Positions 8,371-18,455 are shown, counted from the first letter of the stretch. The stretch is DNA of 64,000 bases from Dehalococcoidia bacterium (GCA_965249275.1 CBDFLQ010000005.1:709857-773856), one strand, 5' to 3'. Notes: a model not told the origin generated them from the sequence alone. Numbers and translations: made by a program.

Positions 8371-9497
8371 CTCTGGAACAGCTTGCCCCAGCCTGTCTTC
8401 ATTGCCTCCCTGATGCGACGTTTACCGATTAGGTTCATCCAGAAGACGTTGTGATACAGGTTCGAGGCCAGGTAGGCCCAGGGCACCAGGGGCGAGCGCA
8501 GCAACAGCTTCTCCAAGGGCTTGAGAGGGCCCCAGTAAATCAGCTTCTGGCCCCTGCTGGCAAAGGTGTTCTCCGATCCGCTGAACCCCCAGTTCACACC
8601 CGACAGGTCTTCCCCCGCGATCTCTATCTCCCTCGGGTCTCCGCACCCTAAGCCCGCGTCGTGGGCGAGGCGTATGAACTTGATGGACATGGGGTCGAAG
8701 CCCATGAGCTTGGCGGCCACGGCGTCTATCGCCACCTGATCGGCACTGGCCAATAGCAGGTTCTTGACGTGCCACCTCATGGCTCGGGGGCCGGGGCCGT
8801 CTCCGGCGAAGGAGCCGTCCATCATTGCGAAGATACCGGGATGTATCTCTTTCTGGATTGCCAGGAGGTCGACTAGGGTCTCGTGGATGACGGAGTGGGT
8901 GTAGTGGCGTTTCCTATTAAGCAACCCACCGAAGGCGTTTTTCATGGCCCCGGTCATCCTGGTGAAGACGTGGGTCTTCATGGTGGGCAGCTGGACTACG
9001 TTCTTGCCGATGAAGGGCTCGGGGATTTGAATGCCGTCAGGGAAGATGTCGTCGAGGGCGAGCATCTTGGCCTTGGGCCGGTACTCGATCCAGCGGACGG
9101 GATCTTCCTCAAGGTGCATGTTGGGGAGGTTGTACTTGTCGGTGACGACCTTTTGCTTGTTACGAACCTCGCCTTCCCGGGCGTCGACGACCACGGTGCC
9201 GTTGTGCGCGGCGATGAGGTCGGTGTAGCCGTTTGACTGAAGAGCCTTGACGGCGCCCTCTATCTGCCAGGGTGGGGTGGAGCAGGCGGGGTAGTAGTAT
9301 TGCCAGGAGATGTTGATCTTCAGAAGGGTGGGGAGGTCCCTGGGGAGGTGGTCTTCCATGCCCGCCAGCTCGGCGAGGCGGACGTAGTCGTCTAGAACGG
9401 TCTCGGGGGTAGTGAATACGGCTGCGACTGTGGACTTTCGGGTTGCCGAGGTTGCGGCCGGCACTGTCTTTTGAGCGGGCGAGGTTTGGATTGTCAT
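8364..9497 (-). CDS. DUF362 domain protein (Fe-S-binding-like)
   Basis: LLKINISW, LPTMKTH, TGAMKNAFG, DGPGP and ASADQVAIDAV are DUF362-type motifs. Confidence 0.85.
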   Translation of the reverse strand: MTIQTSPAQKTVPAATSATRKSTVAAVFTTPETVLDDYVRLAELAGMEDHLPRDLPTLLKINISWQYYYPACSTPPWQIEGAVKALQSNGYTDLIAAHNGTVVVDAREGEVRNKQKVVTDKYNLPNMHLEEDPVRWIEYRPKAKMLALDDIFPDGIQIPEPFIGKNVVQLPTMKTHVFTRMTGAMKNAFGGLLNRKRHYTHSVIHETLVDLLAIQKEIHPGIFAMMDGSFAGDGPGPRAMRWHVKNLLLASADQVAIDAVAAKLMGFDPMSIKFIRLAHDAGLGCGDPREIEIAGEDLSGVNWGFSGSENTFASRGQKLIYWGPLKPLEKLLLRSPLVPWAYLASNLYHNVFWMNLIGKRRIREAMKTGWGKLFQSY

Positions 9498-9732
9498 TAG
9501 GAAATTATAGCGTCGCGGGGAGGGGGGGTACAATTCGAGGGAAAGGGATGGGTGCTACGGCCACTCTACGCTAATATTTCGATCCTCTAAAGGCGGACTT
9601 TCAGCAGCACGGGCGGCCCCTCCCCAGATTCCGAGGCTCCGCGAGGAATGACAGTTGTACAAAGGGCTCAGCAAGGGAGAGGGGATGTAGGAATCGACAG
9701 GGGGGAGAGGGGAGATTAAGATTGACGGCGAT

Positions 9733-11802
9733 ATGGTGAAGGTGTACGACGTAATTGTGATAGGCGCGGGCCACGCGGGGTGCGAGGCGGCATTGACCGC
9801 GGCTCGGATGGGCTGCGACACGCTGGTCCTGACGATGAAGCTGGACCATATTGCTCTCATGCCGTGCAATCCGTCCATCGGGGGGCCGGCGAAGGGACAC
9901 CTGGCTCGGGAGGTCGATGCGCTGGGCGGCGAGATGGGGCGGAACACAGACAAGACCTTCATACAGATCCGGATGCTGAACACGGGCAAGGGGCCCGCGG
10001 TGCAGGCCCTCCGGGCGCAGTCGGACAAGGGCCTTTATGCGAGTGAGATGCGGAGGACGTTGGAGCGGCAGGAAGAGCTGACGATTCGGGAGGCGTTGGT
10101 TACGGGGATAAGGCCGGGGGGAGGGGATAGATCCTGGGTCGGGGGTGGGGATGACAGAGAGGGGTTGGGGAGGGGAGGTGTTGGGGTAGGTCCTAGATTC
10201 CTCCCGCCTCGGCAGGCTTTCAGCGCGGGGCCTCGGAATGACATGAGTGATGGGAGGGGTGGGGTGATACGGCTGGAGACGAAGTCGGGGGAGGACTATT
10301 TGGGGAAGACCGTGATTCTGACGACGGGGACGTCTCTGGCGGGGAAGATCATCATGGGGGAAAGAGCGTACACGGGGGGTCGGGCGGGGGAGCCGGCGGC
10401 TACGGAGATATCGAGGTCGCTTAGAAATCTAGGTTTTGAGCTGGGGAGGCACAAGACGGGCACGCCGCCGAGGCTCGATGCCCGGAGCATCAACTTCGAA
10501 AAGGCGCGGATTCAACCGGGTAGCCCGACTCCACTTCACTTCAGCTTCTGGGGATTTGACGATGAGAGCCTGAACTTTCCAACTCCCAACCCGGTCTACC
10601 CTCGGGGGCCGGAGTCGGAGTGGCGGCGACAGATGGCGTGCTACCTCGTGAGCACGAATCCGAAGACCCATGCGGTGATAACGGCGAACCTGGACAGGGC
10701 CCCGATGTTCAACGGGTTGATAGAGGGGGTCGGGCCACGATACTGCCCGTCCATCGAGGACAAGGTGGTTCGGTTTGCACACAAGGACTCCCACGGGTTG
10801 TTCCTGGAGCCTGAGGGCTGGGAGACGAATGAAGTCTACCTGCAGGGCGCCAATACCAGCCTGCCGGAGGATGTGCAGAAAGCATTCGTTAGGTCGATAG
10901 CGGGGCTGGAGCGGGCCGAGATACTGAAGCCCGGATACGCGATCGAATACGATTTTGTGCTGACGGACCAGATCAACGCTACGATGGAGTCGAAACCGGT
11001 GCCCAACCTGTTTTTGGCGGGACAGGTGTGCGGGACCTCGGGGTACGAGGAGGCGGCGGGGCAAGGGATTGTGGCAGGGATAAACGCCGCGCTGAAGGTC
11101 AAGGGGCGGGCCCCACTGGTCCTACGTCGAGACCAGGCGTACCTGGGAGTGATGATCGACGACCTCGTGACCCGGGACCACTTTGAGCCCTACAGGATGC
11201 TCACGTCTCGGGCCGAACACCGGCTGCTATTAAGGCAGGACAACGCCGACCAGAGGCTCGCTCCTATCGGGTATGAGGTTGGCCTTCTAAGCGCAGAACA
11301 ATACGGCATTGTGGAAGAGAAGCGAGAGAGGGTTGCTCGGGAGTTGGGGAGGCTGGGAGGGACCTATTTGCCACAGGACGGGAGCATGGACACACACCTG
11401 GAGAGTCGGGGGTTGGCGCCCGTTCGGAAAGCGGTGACGACTCTGGAGTTTCTCCGGCGCCCGGAGGTCGATTACGACACGGCCCTGGCGCTGGGGCTCG
11501 GGGACCGGGAGTTGAATGAGGAGTGCAGAAGCCAGGTGGAGATAGAGGCCAAGTACCGGGACTACATAGCGAGACAGAGTCGGGAGGTGGAGCGGATCCA
11601 AAAACTGGAACAGCGCCCGATACCCAGTGGTGTTGACTACGGCGAGGTGCGTGGCCTGTCCAACGAGGCGCGGGATAACCTGAGCAAGTTTTTGCCGTTG
11701 ACGGTGGGGCAGGCGTCTCGGGTGCCGGGGGTGGGGACTTCGGACTTGAGCCTATTGCTGGTGTATTTGGAACGGAGAAGAGATAGGGCCAGAGCAATCT
11801 GA
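9733..11802 (+). CDS. mnmG: tRNA uridine-5-carboxymethylaminomethyl(34) synthesis enzyme MnmG (GidA), with an in-frame REP-derived insertion
   Basis: GAGHAGCEAA, MPCNPSIGGPAKG, KTGTPPRL, GPRYCPSIEDK, GYEEAAGQG and YRMLTSRAEHRL. Confidence 0.97.
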   Translation: MVKVYDVIVIGAGHAGCEAALTAARMGCDTLVLTMKLDHIALMPCNPSIGGPAKGHLAREVDALGGEMGRNTDKTFIQIRMLNTGKGPAVQALRAQSDKGLYASEMRRTLERQEELTIREALVTGIRPGGGDRSWVGGGDDREGLGRGGVGVGPRFLPPRQAFSAGPRNDMSDGRGGVIRLETKSGEDYLGKTVILTTGTSLAGKIIMGERAYTGGRAGEPAATEISRSLRNLGFELGRHKTGTPPRLDARSINFEKARIQPGSPTPLHFSFWGFDDESLNFPTPNPVYPRGPESEWRRQMACYLVSTNPKTHAVITANLDRAPMFNGLIEGVGPRYCPSIEDKVVRFAHKDSHGLFLEPEGWETNEVYLQGANTSLPEDVQKAFVRSIAGLERAEILKPGYAIEYDFVLTDQINATMESKPVPNLFLAGQVCGTSGYEEAAGQGIVAGINAALKVKGRAPLVLRRDQAYLGVMIDDLVTRDHFEPYRMLTSRAEHRLLLRQDNADQRLAPIGYEVGLLSAEQYGIVEEKRERVARELGRLGGTYLPQDGSMDTHLESRGLAPVRKAVTTLEFLRRPEVDYDTALALGLGDRELNEECRSQVEIEAKYRDYIARQSREVERIQKLEQRPIPSGVDYGEVRGLSNEARDNLSKFLPLTVGQASRVPGVGTSDLSLLLVYLERRRDRARAI

Positions 11803-11822
11803 TCCCCGAGAAGGTGAAAAGC

Positions 11823-11858
11823 AAGGGGGCCGGTCGTGCGACCGGCCCCCTCTTTTTG
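11823..11858. terminator. intrinsic terminator between convergent mnmG and SBP gene
   Basis: aagggggccggtcg-tg-cgaccggccccct followed by ctttttg. Paralogous hairpins at 13395-13430 and 14946-14980. Confidence 0.8.
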
Positions 11859-11878
11859 TCTAGCTTGCTTAGTACCCG

Positions 11879-13189
11879 CTAATTCTTGCCTTGAACTTCG
11901 AACCAGATCTCTGCTTGTGCTCCACCGATCATGCCGTCTGAGGCCTCATCCATGAGGATGGCGTAGGGGAGGTTGGCGTCGGCGGTGGGCAGGTAGGGCC
12001 GGTGAGTGTCGAATTCCGGCGCTGCGAGGAAGGGGCCCGACTTCAGGTTAGTGGGGCCATAGGGTTGATAGAGCGCCTGACTTGCGGCGATCTCAGGGTG
12101 CTGCGACCAAGCGAAGAAGAGGTTGATGAGCTCCCAGCGCTCGGGTTCCAGTTCAGCGAGGCCCTTGGGGGACCACCAGTTGTCTGTCAGCACATCGTGG
12201 CCGCACTCCCAACAGATGTGGGCGTTAAGGTCAGTGTTAACGACGGAGTCGAAGGCGATTCCGTTGTCAGTCTCGCAGACGTCCAGCTCGCCGGACTGAA
12301 TGAGGGCCGGGCAGTCGCTGGCACCGGCAAAGAAGACGTCGGTATTGGGAATCATTCGCTCTTCGACGACTTGCCAAGCTCTTTCAAGCTCCTCGGGGCT
12401 CATGGCGGAGAGGCTAGCTCTGCCCTCTTCGGTGTCGAGGAGGGTAGGGTCATCGATGAGTAGTCCGAAGCGGACGCGGTGCTTCCAGGCCCAATCCTGG
12501 GAGAAGATGCCTCTGCGTCCGGGGAACTTCTCCTTGTCAAAAGCATCGGCCATGGTCTTGGGACCGTCGTCACCGTAGGTGTCCTTGCTCCACATTACCA
12601 TGTGGGAGAAGGCGGAACCTCCGCCGCCGATCCAGGGGGCGTCACGGATGTGGGGGAATAGATCTGTCTTATCCACGATGGCCAAGTTGAGCTCTTCCAG
12701 GACTCCCTCCAGGCCCATTGTGATGGAAGCCTGACCGGAGCCGTCGATGATGTCCCAGGTGATGTTGCCGGTTCGGGCCATGGCCCTTACCTTGGCGTAG
12801 TCGGGAGGGCCGTCCTCAACGACTTCAACGCCGAATTCCTCGGCGAAGGGTACCAGGAAGGCCTGGCGTTGCATGGCCTGGTATGCCCCGCCCCAGGATG
12901 CAAAGGTGAAGGTACCGCCGCGGTGGGCCGCAAGAGCTGCCACTACTTCCTCATGGGTGCCGGGATTGTCGGTGGTCCATTCGCTTATGGGGCGCAGGCC
13001 GGTGGATGGTTCATCCGGCTCTTCCATCATTGCTGTTGGCGTAGGCTCGGGCATTGCCTCATCCGCCTCAGGAGTGGCGGTGGCAGACTCGCCGCAGGCG
13101 GCAACGATCAACAAGGCTGCCAAGGCAAGGGACAAGAGCCCCAGAACCAGCCATTTCTTACTTCCATATATTGGGGTCAGATACTTCAT
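11879..13189 (-). CDS. ABC transporter extracellular solute-binding lipoprotein (PotD/PotF-like), paralog 3
   Basis: Lipobox LIVAAC, Pro/Glu linker, SWGGAYQ, WDIID and FPGRRG. Confidence 0.88.
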   Translation of the reverse strand: MKYLTPIYGSKKWLVLGLLSLALAALLIVAACGESATATPEADEAMPEPTPTAMMEEPDEPSTGLRPISEWTTDNPGTHEEVVAALAAHRGGTFTFASWGGAYQAMQRQAFLVPFAEEFGVEVVEDGPPDYAKVRAMARTGNITWDIIDGSGQASITMGLEGVLEELNLAIVDKTDLFPHIRDAPWIGGGGSAFSHMVMWSKDTYGDDGPKTMADAFDKEKFPGRRGIFSQDWAWKHRVRFGLLIDDPTLLDTEEGRASLSAMSPEELERAWQVVEERMIPNTDVFFAGASDCPALIQSGELDVCETDNGIAFDSVVNTDLNAHICWECGHDVLTDNWWSPKGLAELEPERWELINLFFAWSQHPEIAASQALYQPYGPTNLKSGPFLAAPEFDTHRPYLPTADANLPYAILMDEASDGMIGGAQAEIWFEVQGKN

Positions 13190-13249
13190 AGTCAAACCTC
13201 TCCTCCACTGCTAGTCAAAGCCCACGCTAATCAAATTCACAGGAAGCGA

Positions 13250-13340
13250 TGCTGGTCTTCCTGCAGGCGGCTTATCGGCCGCTACGAATGGTCCATAAGC
13301 TACCTCCAGAACGGGTAACATGGCCGGGAAACGGCTGTGG
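13250..13340 (-). promoter_or_regulatory. conserved 5' leader with GGAGG, 4-codon uORF (MDHS*, 13282-13296) and anti-SD hairpin
   Basis: Same motif upstream of all three SBP paralogs. Confidence 0.55.
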
Positions 13341-13447
13341 TCTTTCTAAAGGCCGGTCGAGAGAGGGTGAGAGCCCAAGGTGCGAGTAACTATTGTGGGG
13401 GGCCGATCATACGACCGGCCCCCCACTTTTGGATTGCCTAGAACTAT

Positions 13448-14758
13448 TTAATACTTGCCCTGAACTTCGAACCAGATTTCTGCCTGTGCTCCGCCAATGG
13501 CTCCATCCGCCGCCTCATCCATTAGGATGGCGTAGGGAAGGTTAGCGTCTGCGGTAGGCAGGTAGGGCCTGTGGGCGTCGTATTCAGGCGCTGCGAGGAA
13601 GGGAGCGGACTTTAGGTTCGTAGGCCCGTAGGGCTGGTAGAGGGCCTGGCTGGCCGCGATTTCCGGATGCTGGGCCCATGCGAAGAACAGGTTGATCAGT
13701 TCCCATCTCTCGGGCTCCTGCTCTGCCAGCCCCCTGGGGGACCACCAGTTGTCGGTCAGCACGTCGTGGCCACACTCCCAGCAGAGATGCCCGTTTAGAC
13801 CGCCGTTTACAATAGCGTCAAAGCCTACACCGTTGTCGGTCTCGCAAATGTCGACATCACCCGAACTGATCAACGCCGTACACTCGACGCTAGGGAAAAA
13901 CACGTCAATATTCGGGATTATTCGTTCCCTGGTTATCTCCCATGCCTTGTCGAGCTGCTCGGGGCTCATAGCCGAGAGGGATGCGCGGCCTTCTTCCGTA
14001 TCCAAGAGAGTGGGATCATCCACTAGCAGTGCGAAGCGGACCCTGTGCTTCCAGGCCCAGTCCGCACCAACCAATCCGCGCCGGCCGGGGAACTTTTCCA
14101 CATCGAAGATGTCGGCCATGGTCTTGGGTCCGTTATCGCCGTAGGTATCCGCGCTCCAAATGAACAAATGGGAGAAGGCGGAGCCTCCGCCGCCGATCCA
14201 AGGGGCGTCCCTTATGTGGGGGAATAGGTCACTTTTGTCCACGATGGCCGGGTTGAGCTCTTCGAGGACTCCTTCGAGGCCCATAGTGATGGAAGCCTGG
14301 CCGGAGCCGTCGATGATGTCCCAGGTGATGTTGCCAGTGTGGGCCATGGCCCTGACCTTGGCGTAGTCCGGGGGGCCGTCCTCGACAATCTCGACGCCGA
14401 ACTCCGTGGCGAAGGGGATCAGGAATGCCTGCCGCTGCATGGCCTGGTAGGCAGATCCCCAGGATGCGAAGGTGAAGCTGCCGCCGCGGTGGGCCGCCAG
14501 GGCTGCCACTACTTCGTCATGGGTGCCGGGGCTGTCTGCGGTCCATTCGCTTATGGGGCGCAGACCGGTGGAGGGTTCATCCGGCTCTTCCTCCATCATC
14601 GCTGTGGGCGTAGGCTCGGGCATTGCCTCCTCGGCTTCAGGAGTAGCCGTGGCTGACTCCCCGCAAGCGGCAATGATGAGCATGGCAACAAGGGCGAGGG
14701 ACAAAAGCCCAAGGACCAGCCATTTCTTACTTCTATAGACGGGAACGGAATGTGTCAT
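13448..14758 (-). CDS. ABC transporter extracellular solute-binding lipoprotein (PotD/PotF-like), paralog 2
   Basis: Close paralog of 11879-13189; lipobox LIIAAC. Confidence 0.88.
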   Translation of the reverse strand: MTHSVPVYRSKKWLVLGLLSLALVAMLIIAACGESATATPEAEEAMPEPTPTAMMEEEPDEPSTGLRPISEWTADSPGTHDEVVAALAAHRGGSFTFASWGSAYQAMQRQAFLIPFATEFGVEIVEDGPPDYAKVRAMAHTGNITWDIIDGSGQASITMGLEGVLEELNPAIVDKSDLFPHIRDAPWIGGGGSAFSHLFIWSADTYGDNGPKTMADIFDVEKFPGRRGLVGADWAWKHRVRFALLVDDPTLLDTEEGRASLSAMSPEQLDKAWEITRERIIPNIDVFFPSVECTALISSGDVDICETDNGVGFDAIVNGGLNGHLCWECGHDVLTDNWWSPRGLAEQEPERWELINLFFAWAQHPEIAASQALYQPYGPTNLKSAPFLAAPEYDAHRPYLPTADANLPYAILMDEAADGAIGGAQAEIWFEVQGKY

Positions 14759-14804
14759 ATTCTTACCTTTCAGCTAATGCTAACCGATACATTCGGAAGG
14801 TCTG

Positions 14805-14892
14805 GGCGCTTCCTGCAGATAGCTTGTCTGCCACTATGGATAGTCTATAAGCTGCCTCCCGAAAGGGGTGAGTGCCCAGAGACGGCTGCACC
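14805..14892 (-). promoter_or_regulatory. conserved 5' leader, copy with ATA-GAC-TAT-CCA-TAG (14834-14848)
   Basis: Aligns with 13250-13340 and 16375-16460. Confidence 0.5.
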
Positions 14893-14998
14893 CTTGCGAT
14901 GAACCAACGGGGCAAGGTGAGCCCTAAAAGGGCGAATTACCGCTACGGGGGGCCGGTCGTATGACCGGCCCCCCGACTTTAGGCTTGCCTGCAACTAC

Positions 14999-16321
14999 TT
15001 AATTCTTGCCCTGAACTTCGAACCAAATTTCCGCTTGGGCACCGCCGATCTCTCCGTCAGACGCCTCGTCCATGAGGATGGCGTAGGGAAGGTTGGCGTC
15101 GGCGGTGGGCAGGTACGGCCTTATTCTGTCGAACTCAGGCGCATCGAGGTAGGGCGCCGACTTCAGGTTGGTCGGCCCGAAGGGCTGGTAGAGTGCCTGG
15201 CTGGCCGCGATTTCCGGGTGCTGGGTCCAGGCGAAGAACAGGTTAATGAGCTCCCACCTCTGCGGGTCCTCCTCCTTGATGCCTTTGATAACCCACCAGT
15301 TGTCGGTCAGCACGTCGTGCCCGCACTCCCAGCAGGCCCCGACATTGAAATCTTCCTCCACGATGCCATTGAATGCGGCTCCGTTGTCCCCCTGGCAGAT
15401 GTCAACCTCCCCGGAGTCGAGGAAGGCGATGCATTCGTAGATGCCGGCAGTAAAGATGTCGATAACTGGGATGAACTGCTCTTCAACTATCTGCCAGCCG
15501 GTATCCAACTGCTCGGGAGACATGGCTGATAGCGAAGCCCTGCCCTCTTCGGTCTCAATCAGCGTGGGGTCGGTGGCCAGGTGGGCCCAGCGCACCATGT
15601 GCTTCCAGTTCCAGTCCTGGGGAATCATTCCGCGTATGCCGGGGAACTTATCCCTGTCCAGGTAGTCGGCCCAGCTGGAGGGCTGAGGCCCGCCGTCCGG
15701 GTAGGTGTCCGTGCTGTACATCAGGACCATGGAGTAGGCGGAGCCTCCGCCACCGATCCACGGCGCGTCACGGATGTGGGGGAACAGGTCTTCCTTGTTG
15801 ATGATGGACTCGTCGAGCTCTTCCAGCACGCCCTCGAGACCCATGGTGACGCCGGCCTGGCCGGAGCCATCGACTATGTCCCAAGTTACATTGCCGGTGT
15901 GGGCCATGGCGCGTACCTTGGCGTAGTCGGGAGGGCCGTCTTCGATGATGTTCACGCCGAACTTCTCGGCGAAGGGGATCAGGAACGCCTGGCGCTGCAT
16001 CTCCTGGTAAGAGCCTCCCCAGGAAACGAAGGTGAAGGAGCCGCCCTCGTGGGCCGACAGCGCCGCCTCGATCTCCTCGTGTGTGGCGGGGTTATCGACG
16101 GTCCACTCGCTCACGGGTCTTAGAGCGGTGGACGAATCATCCGGCTCATCCTCTTCCATCATCGCTGTAGGGGTAGGCTCAGGCATTGCGTCTTCGGTTT
16201 CCGGGGTGGCGGTGGCGGACTCGCCGCAAGCTGCAACGATGAGCAGTGCTACCAAGGCGAGGGACACAAGGCTCAACGCCAGCCACCTCTTTTTCCTATA
16301 TAACGAGATCGTGTGACTCAT
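14999..16321 (-). CDS. ABC transporter extracellular solute-binding lipoprotein (PotD/PotF-like), paralog 1
   Basis: GGAGGAG SD before ATG 16321; lipobox LIVAAC; paralog of the two downstream genes. Confidence 0.88.
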   Translation of the reverse strand: MSHTISLYRKKRWLALSLVSLALVALLIVAACGESATATPETEDAMPEPTPTAMMEEDEPDDSSTALRPVSEWTVDNPATHEEIEAALSAHEGGSFTFVSWGGSYQEMQRQAFLIPFAEKFGVNIIEDGPPDYAKVRAMAHTGNVTWDIVDGSGQAGVTMGLEGVLEELDESIINKEDLFPHIRDAPWIGGGGSAYSMVLMYSTDTYPDGGPQPSSWADYLDRDKFPGIRGMIPQDWNWKHMVRWAHLATDPTLIETEEGRASLSAMSPEQLDTGWQIVEEQFIPVIDIFTAGIYECIAFLDSGEVDICQGDNGAAFNGIVEEDFNVGACWECGHDVLTDNWWVIKGIKEEDPQRWELINLFFAWTQHPEIAASQALYQPFGPTNLKSAPYLDAPEFDRIRPYLPTADANLPYAILMDEASDGEIGGAQAEIWFEVQGKN

Positions 16322-16374
16322 ACTTAAAATTCTCCTCCAAAGTGATAGTAGCAGTGTCAAGAAGATGCACGCAC

Positions 16375-16460
16375 CCTCTCCCAGGCGGCTTAATTGCCGC
16401 TATGGATCGTCCATAATCCACCTCCAGGATAGGAGCGAACACCCAAGGACAGTACATGCT
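16375..16460 (-). promoter_or_regulatory. conserved 5' leader with GGAGG, uORF MDDP* (16400-16414) and anti-SD hairpin
   Basis: Aligns with the two other SBP leaders. Confidence 0.55.
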
Positions 16461-16712
16461 AGCTAAGTAGCGAATCAGGCCGGGAAAGGTGGTGAGAAGG
16501 GGGAAGAGGGTGGTGATTCTGGGCGTCTGTTCAGGACTCGGCAGCGGGATCCGGGGTCACCTTTCTGCAATGGCCAATGACGCTAATTATGGTTTTGGAT
16601 TATATGGAGCAGTATGGGGATAGTCAAATGGGGAGAGGGTGAGTACAAGGCCTGCTCATAGGCGGGAGGGCAGGCACAAGACCTGCCCGTACGGGGGAGG
16701 GGGCTGCCTTGG

Positions 16713-17879
16713 CTAGGATGTGAGGCGATAGAGGTCTATGGCGTTGAGGCCCAGAACGTTGGCCTGGGCGTCGGGGGGGAGGGGTTTCAGGCTCTCTCGC
16801 AACTCATCGACGGCGCCGAGCATGCCCTCCGAGTGGGGGAAGTCGGCGCCCCACATGAATTTGTTAGAACCGAACCTCTCGACGACCAGGGGGGCGAGCT
16901 CTTCGTCGGGGTCCATGGAGGTCCAGACCTGGCGCTTAAAATACTCGGTGGGGTACATCGACATCTCGTTGGTTCCGGGGAAGGCATCGAGTATGCCGTC
17001 CATCCTTTCGAACCAGTAGAGCATCCACGCGCTGCCCGTCTCCAGGAGCACGACCTTGAGGTCAGGGAACCTATCAAAGACGCGTCCGGCGATCATGCTG
17101 CCGAAGCCGAGGTGAACGGCGGGGGGTTCTTGAAGCACGAAATACCAGATATCGGAGTCGGGGAGGTCATTGAGCGTGGTGTTCGGGAAGTTCGGGTTGT
17201 AGAAGGGGTAGAGCCCGCCGACAACGTGCAGAGTCACGGGTATTTGAAGCTCTTCAGCGGCTGCCCAAAAGGGGTCGAAGGCCGGGTCTCCGTAAGAGCG
17301 GCCGTTAAGAGGGAACCCGCTGATGAGGGCTGCTGTTACGCCTCGCTCCGCGACCCGGCGCAGCTCAGCGGTGCCTTCCGCTATGTCCAGGAGTGTGATG
17401 TGGGCGATGGGCTTGAGGCGGTCCGGGTAGTCGCTGCAGAAGTCGAAGACGTATTCGTTGTAGGCACGGGCGTAGGCGGCGGCTACTTTGGGGTCCCGAA
17501 CGTCGGTTTCCCAGTGGAGGCCGAGGGTCGGGTAGATGAAGGAGGTGTCGATGCCTTCCTGATCGAGGACCTGGACTCGGGGGCCGGGTTGGTGGGAGGC
17601 GGGAACGTTGATCAGGCCCTGCTCATAGGTCACAGCTCCCGGCTTCAGGTAGAGGTCCCTCTTCTCCTCGATGGACTTGCCCGCGGCCATGCGTCCGAAG
17701 CGGCCTTCCCGGAGGAAGAGGTTATGGGGCATTCGGCCCTCGACGCTCATGTATTCCAGGCCGCGATCGTCGACTTGGATAGAGAGGGCCAAGTCCCGGT
17801 ATTTCGGGTCCAGATACTCGGCCATTAGGGGCAGGTTTTCCCAGATGTGGCTGTCTATGTCTATGACGGGTCCCGGCAT
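16713..17879 (-). CDS. amidohydrolase family protein (Amidohydro_2)
   Basis: IDIDSH, DPFWAAAEEL.IPVTLH, FDRFPDLKVVLLE and WGADFPH. Confidence 0.9.
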   Translation of the reverse strand: MPGPVIDIDSHIWENLPLMAEYLDPKYRDLALSIQVDDRGLEYMSVEGRMPHNLFLREGRFGRMAAGKSIEEKRDLYLKPGAVTYEQGLINVPASHQPGPRVQVLDQEGIDTSFIYPTLGLHWETDVRDPKVAAAYARAYNEYVFDFCSDYPDRLKPIAHITLLDIAEGTAELRRVAERGVTAALISGFPLNGRSYGDPAFDPFWAAAEELQIPVTLHVVGGLYPFYNPNFPNTTLNDLPDSDIWYFVLQEPPAVHLGFGSMIAGRVFDRFPDLKVVLLETGSAWMLYWFERMDGILDAFPGTNEMSMYPTEYFKRQVWTSMDPDEELAPLVVERFGSNKFMWGADFPHSEGMLGAVDELRESLKPLPPDAQANVLGLNAIDLYRLTS

Positions 17880-18028
17880 GGGGGTGTTCCTCCCTCGTAT
17901 TGGGGTTGAGGCGCGGCTTTATGCTATCGGTGATGGGGGTGTGGGGTCAAACGGGGGGAGGGATGGATTCACGCCTCGGCGCATCTTCGACCGGCTCGGG
18001 GGCCGGGATGACACCATAAGAGAAGTTG

Positions 18029-18397
18029 CTAGTTGGTGGTGAGGTCGACTTTGATGAGGGGGGCGCCGGTGACGCGGGCATCCAGCTGGTCCAGGGTATC
18101 CTGTTTGGAGCAGATGGCATGAAGGATTCTGCGCTTTTCTGCGGGGTCGGTGATGGGGGTGGCGAGGGCGGGGAGGTCGGCGACGGCAGTCTCTTTGAGG
18201 TGAAAGGTCAGACGGGGGTCGACGAGGATATTGGCGTACCAGCCTCGGGTGCCGGGGAGGCCGGTAATGTAGAGGATGCCGTCCAGGTTGTGGAACCAGA
18301 TCTCGACCCGGTGGGCGTCGCCGCTCTTTCTGCCGGTGGTTGTGATATCGATGATTAGGTCTTTTCCCAAGGCCTGTTGGACATTGGGGTCGAGCAT
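18029..18397 (-). CDS. deazaflavin (F420)-dependent nitroreductase family protein
   Basis: ITTTGRKSG..R.EIWF and WYANIL..P; SD AGGAG. Confidence 0.85.
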   Translation of the reverse strand: MLDPNVQQALGKDLIIDITTTGRKSGDAHRVEIWFHNLDGILYITGLPGTRGWYANILVDPRLTFHLKETAVADLPALATPITDPAEKRRILHAICSKQDTLDQLDARVTGAPLIKVDLTTN

Positions 18398-18455
18398 GAC
18401 GTCGGTTCTCCTATGCGGGGGCAACGGTCCAGCCGATTCGGTTTGAAGTTGGAGC

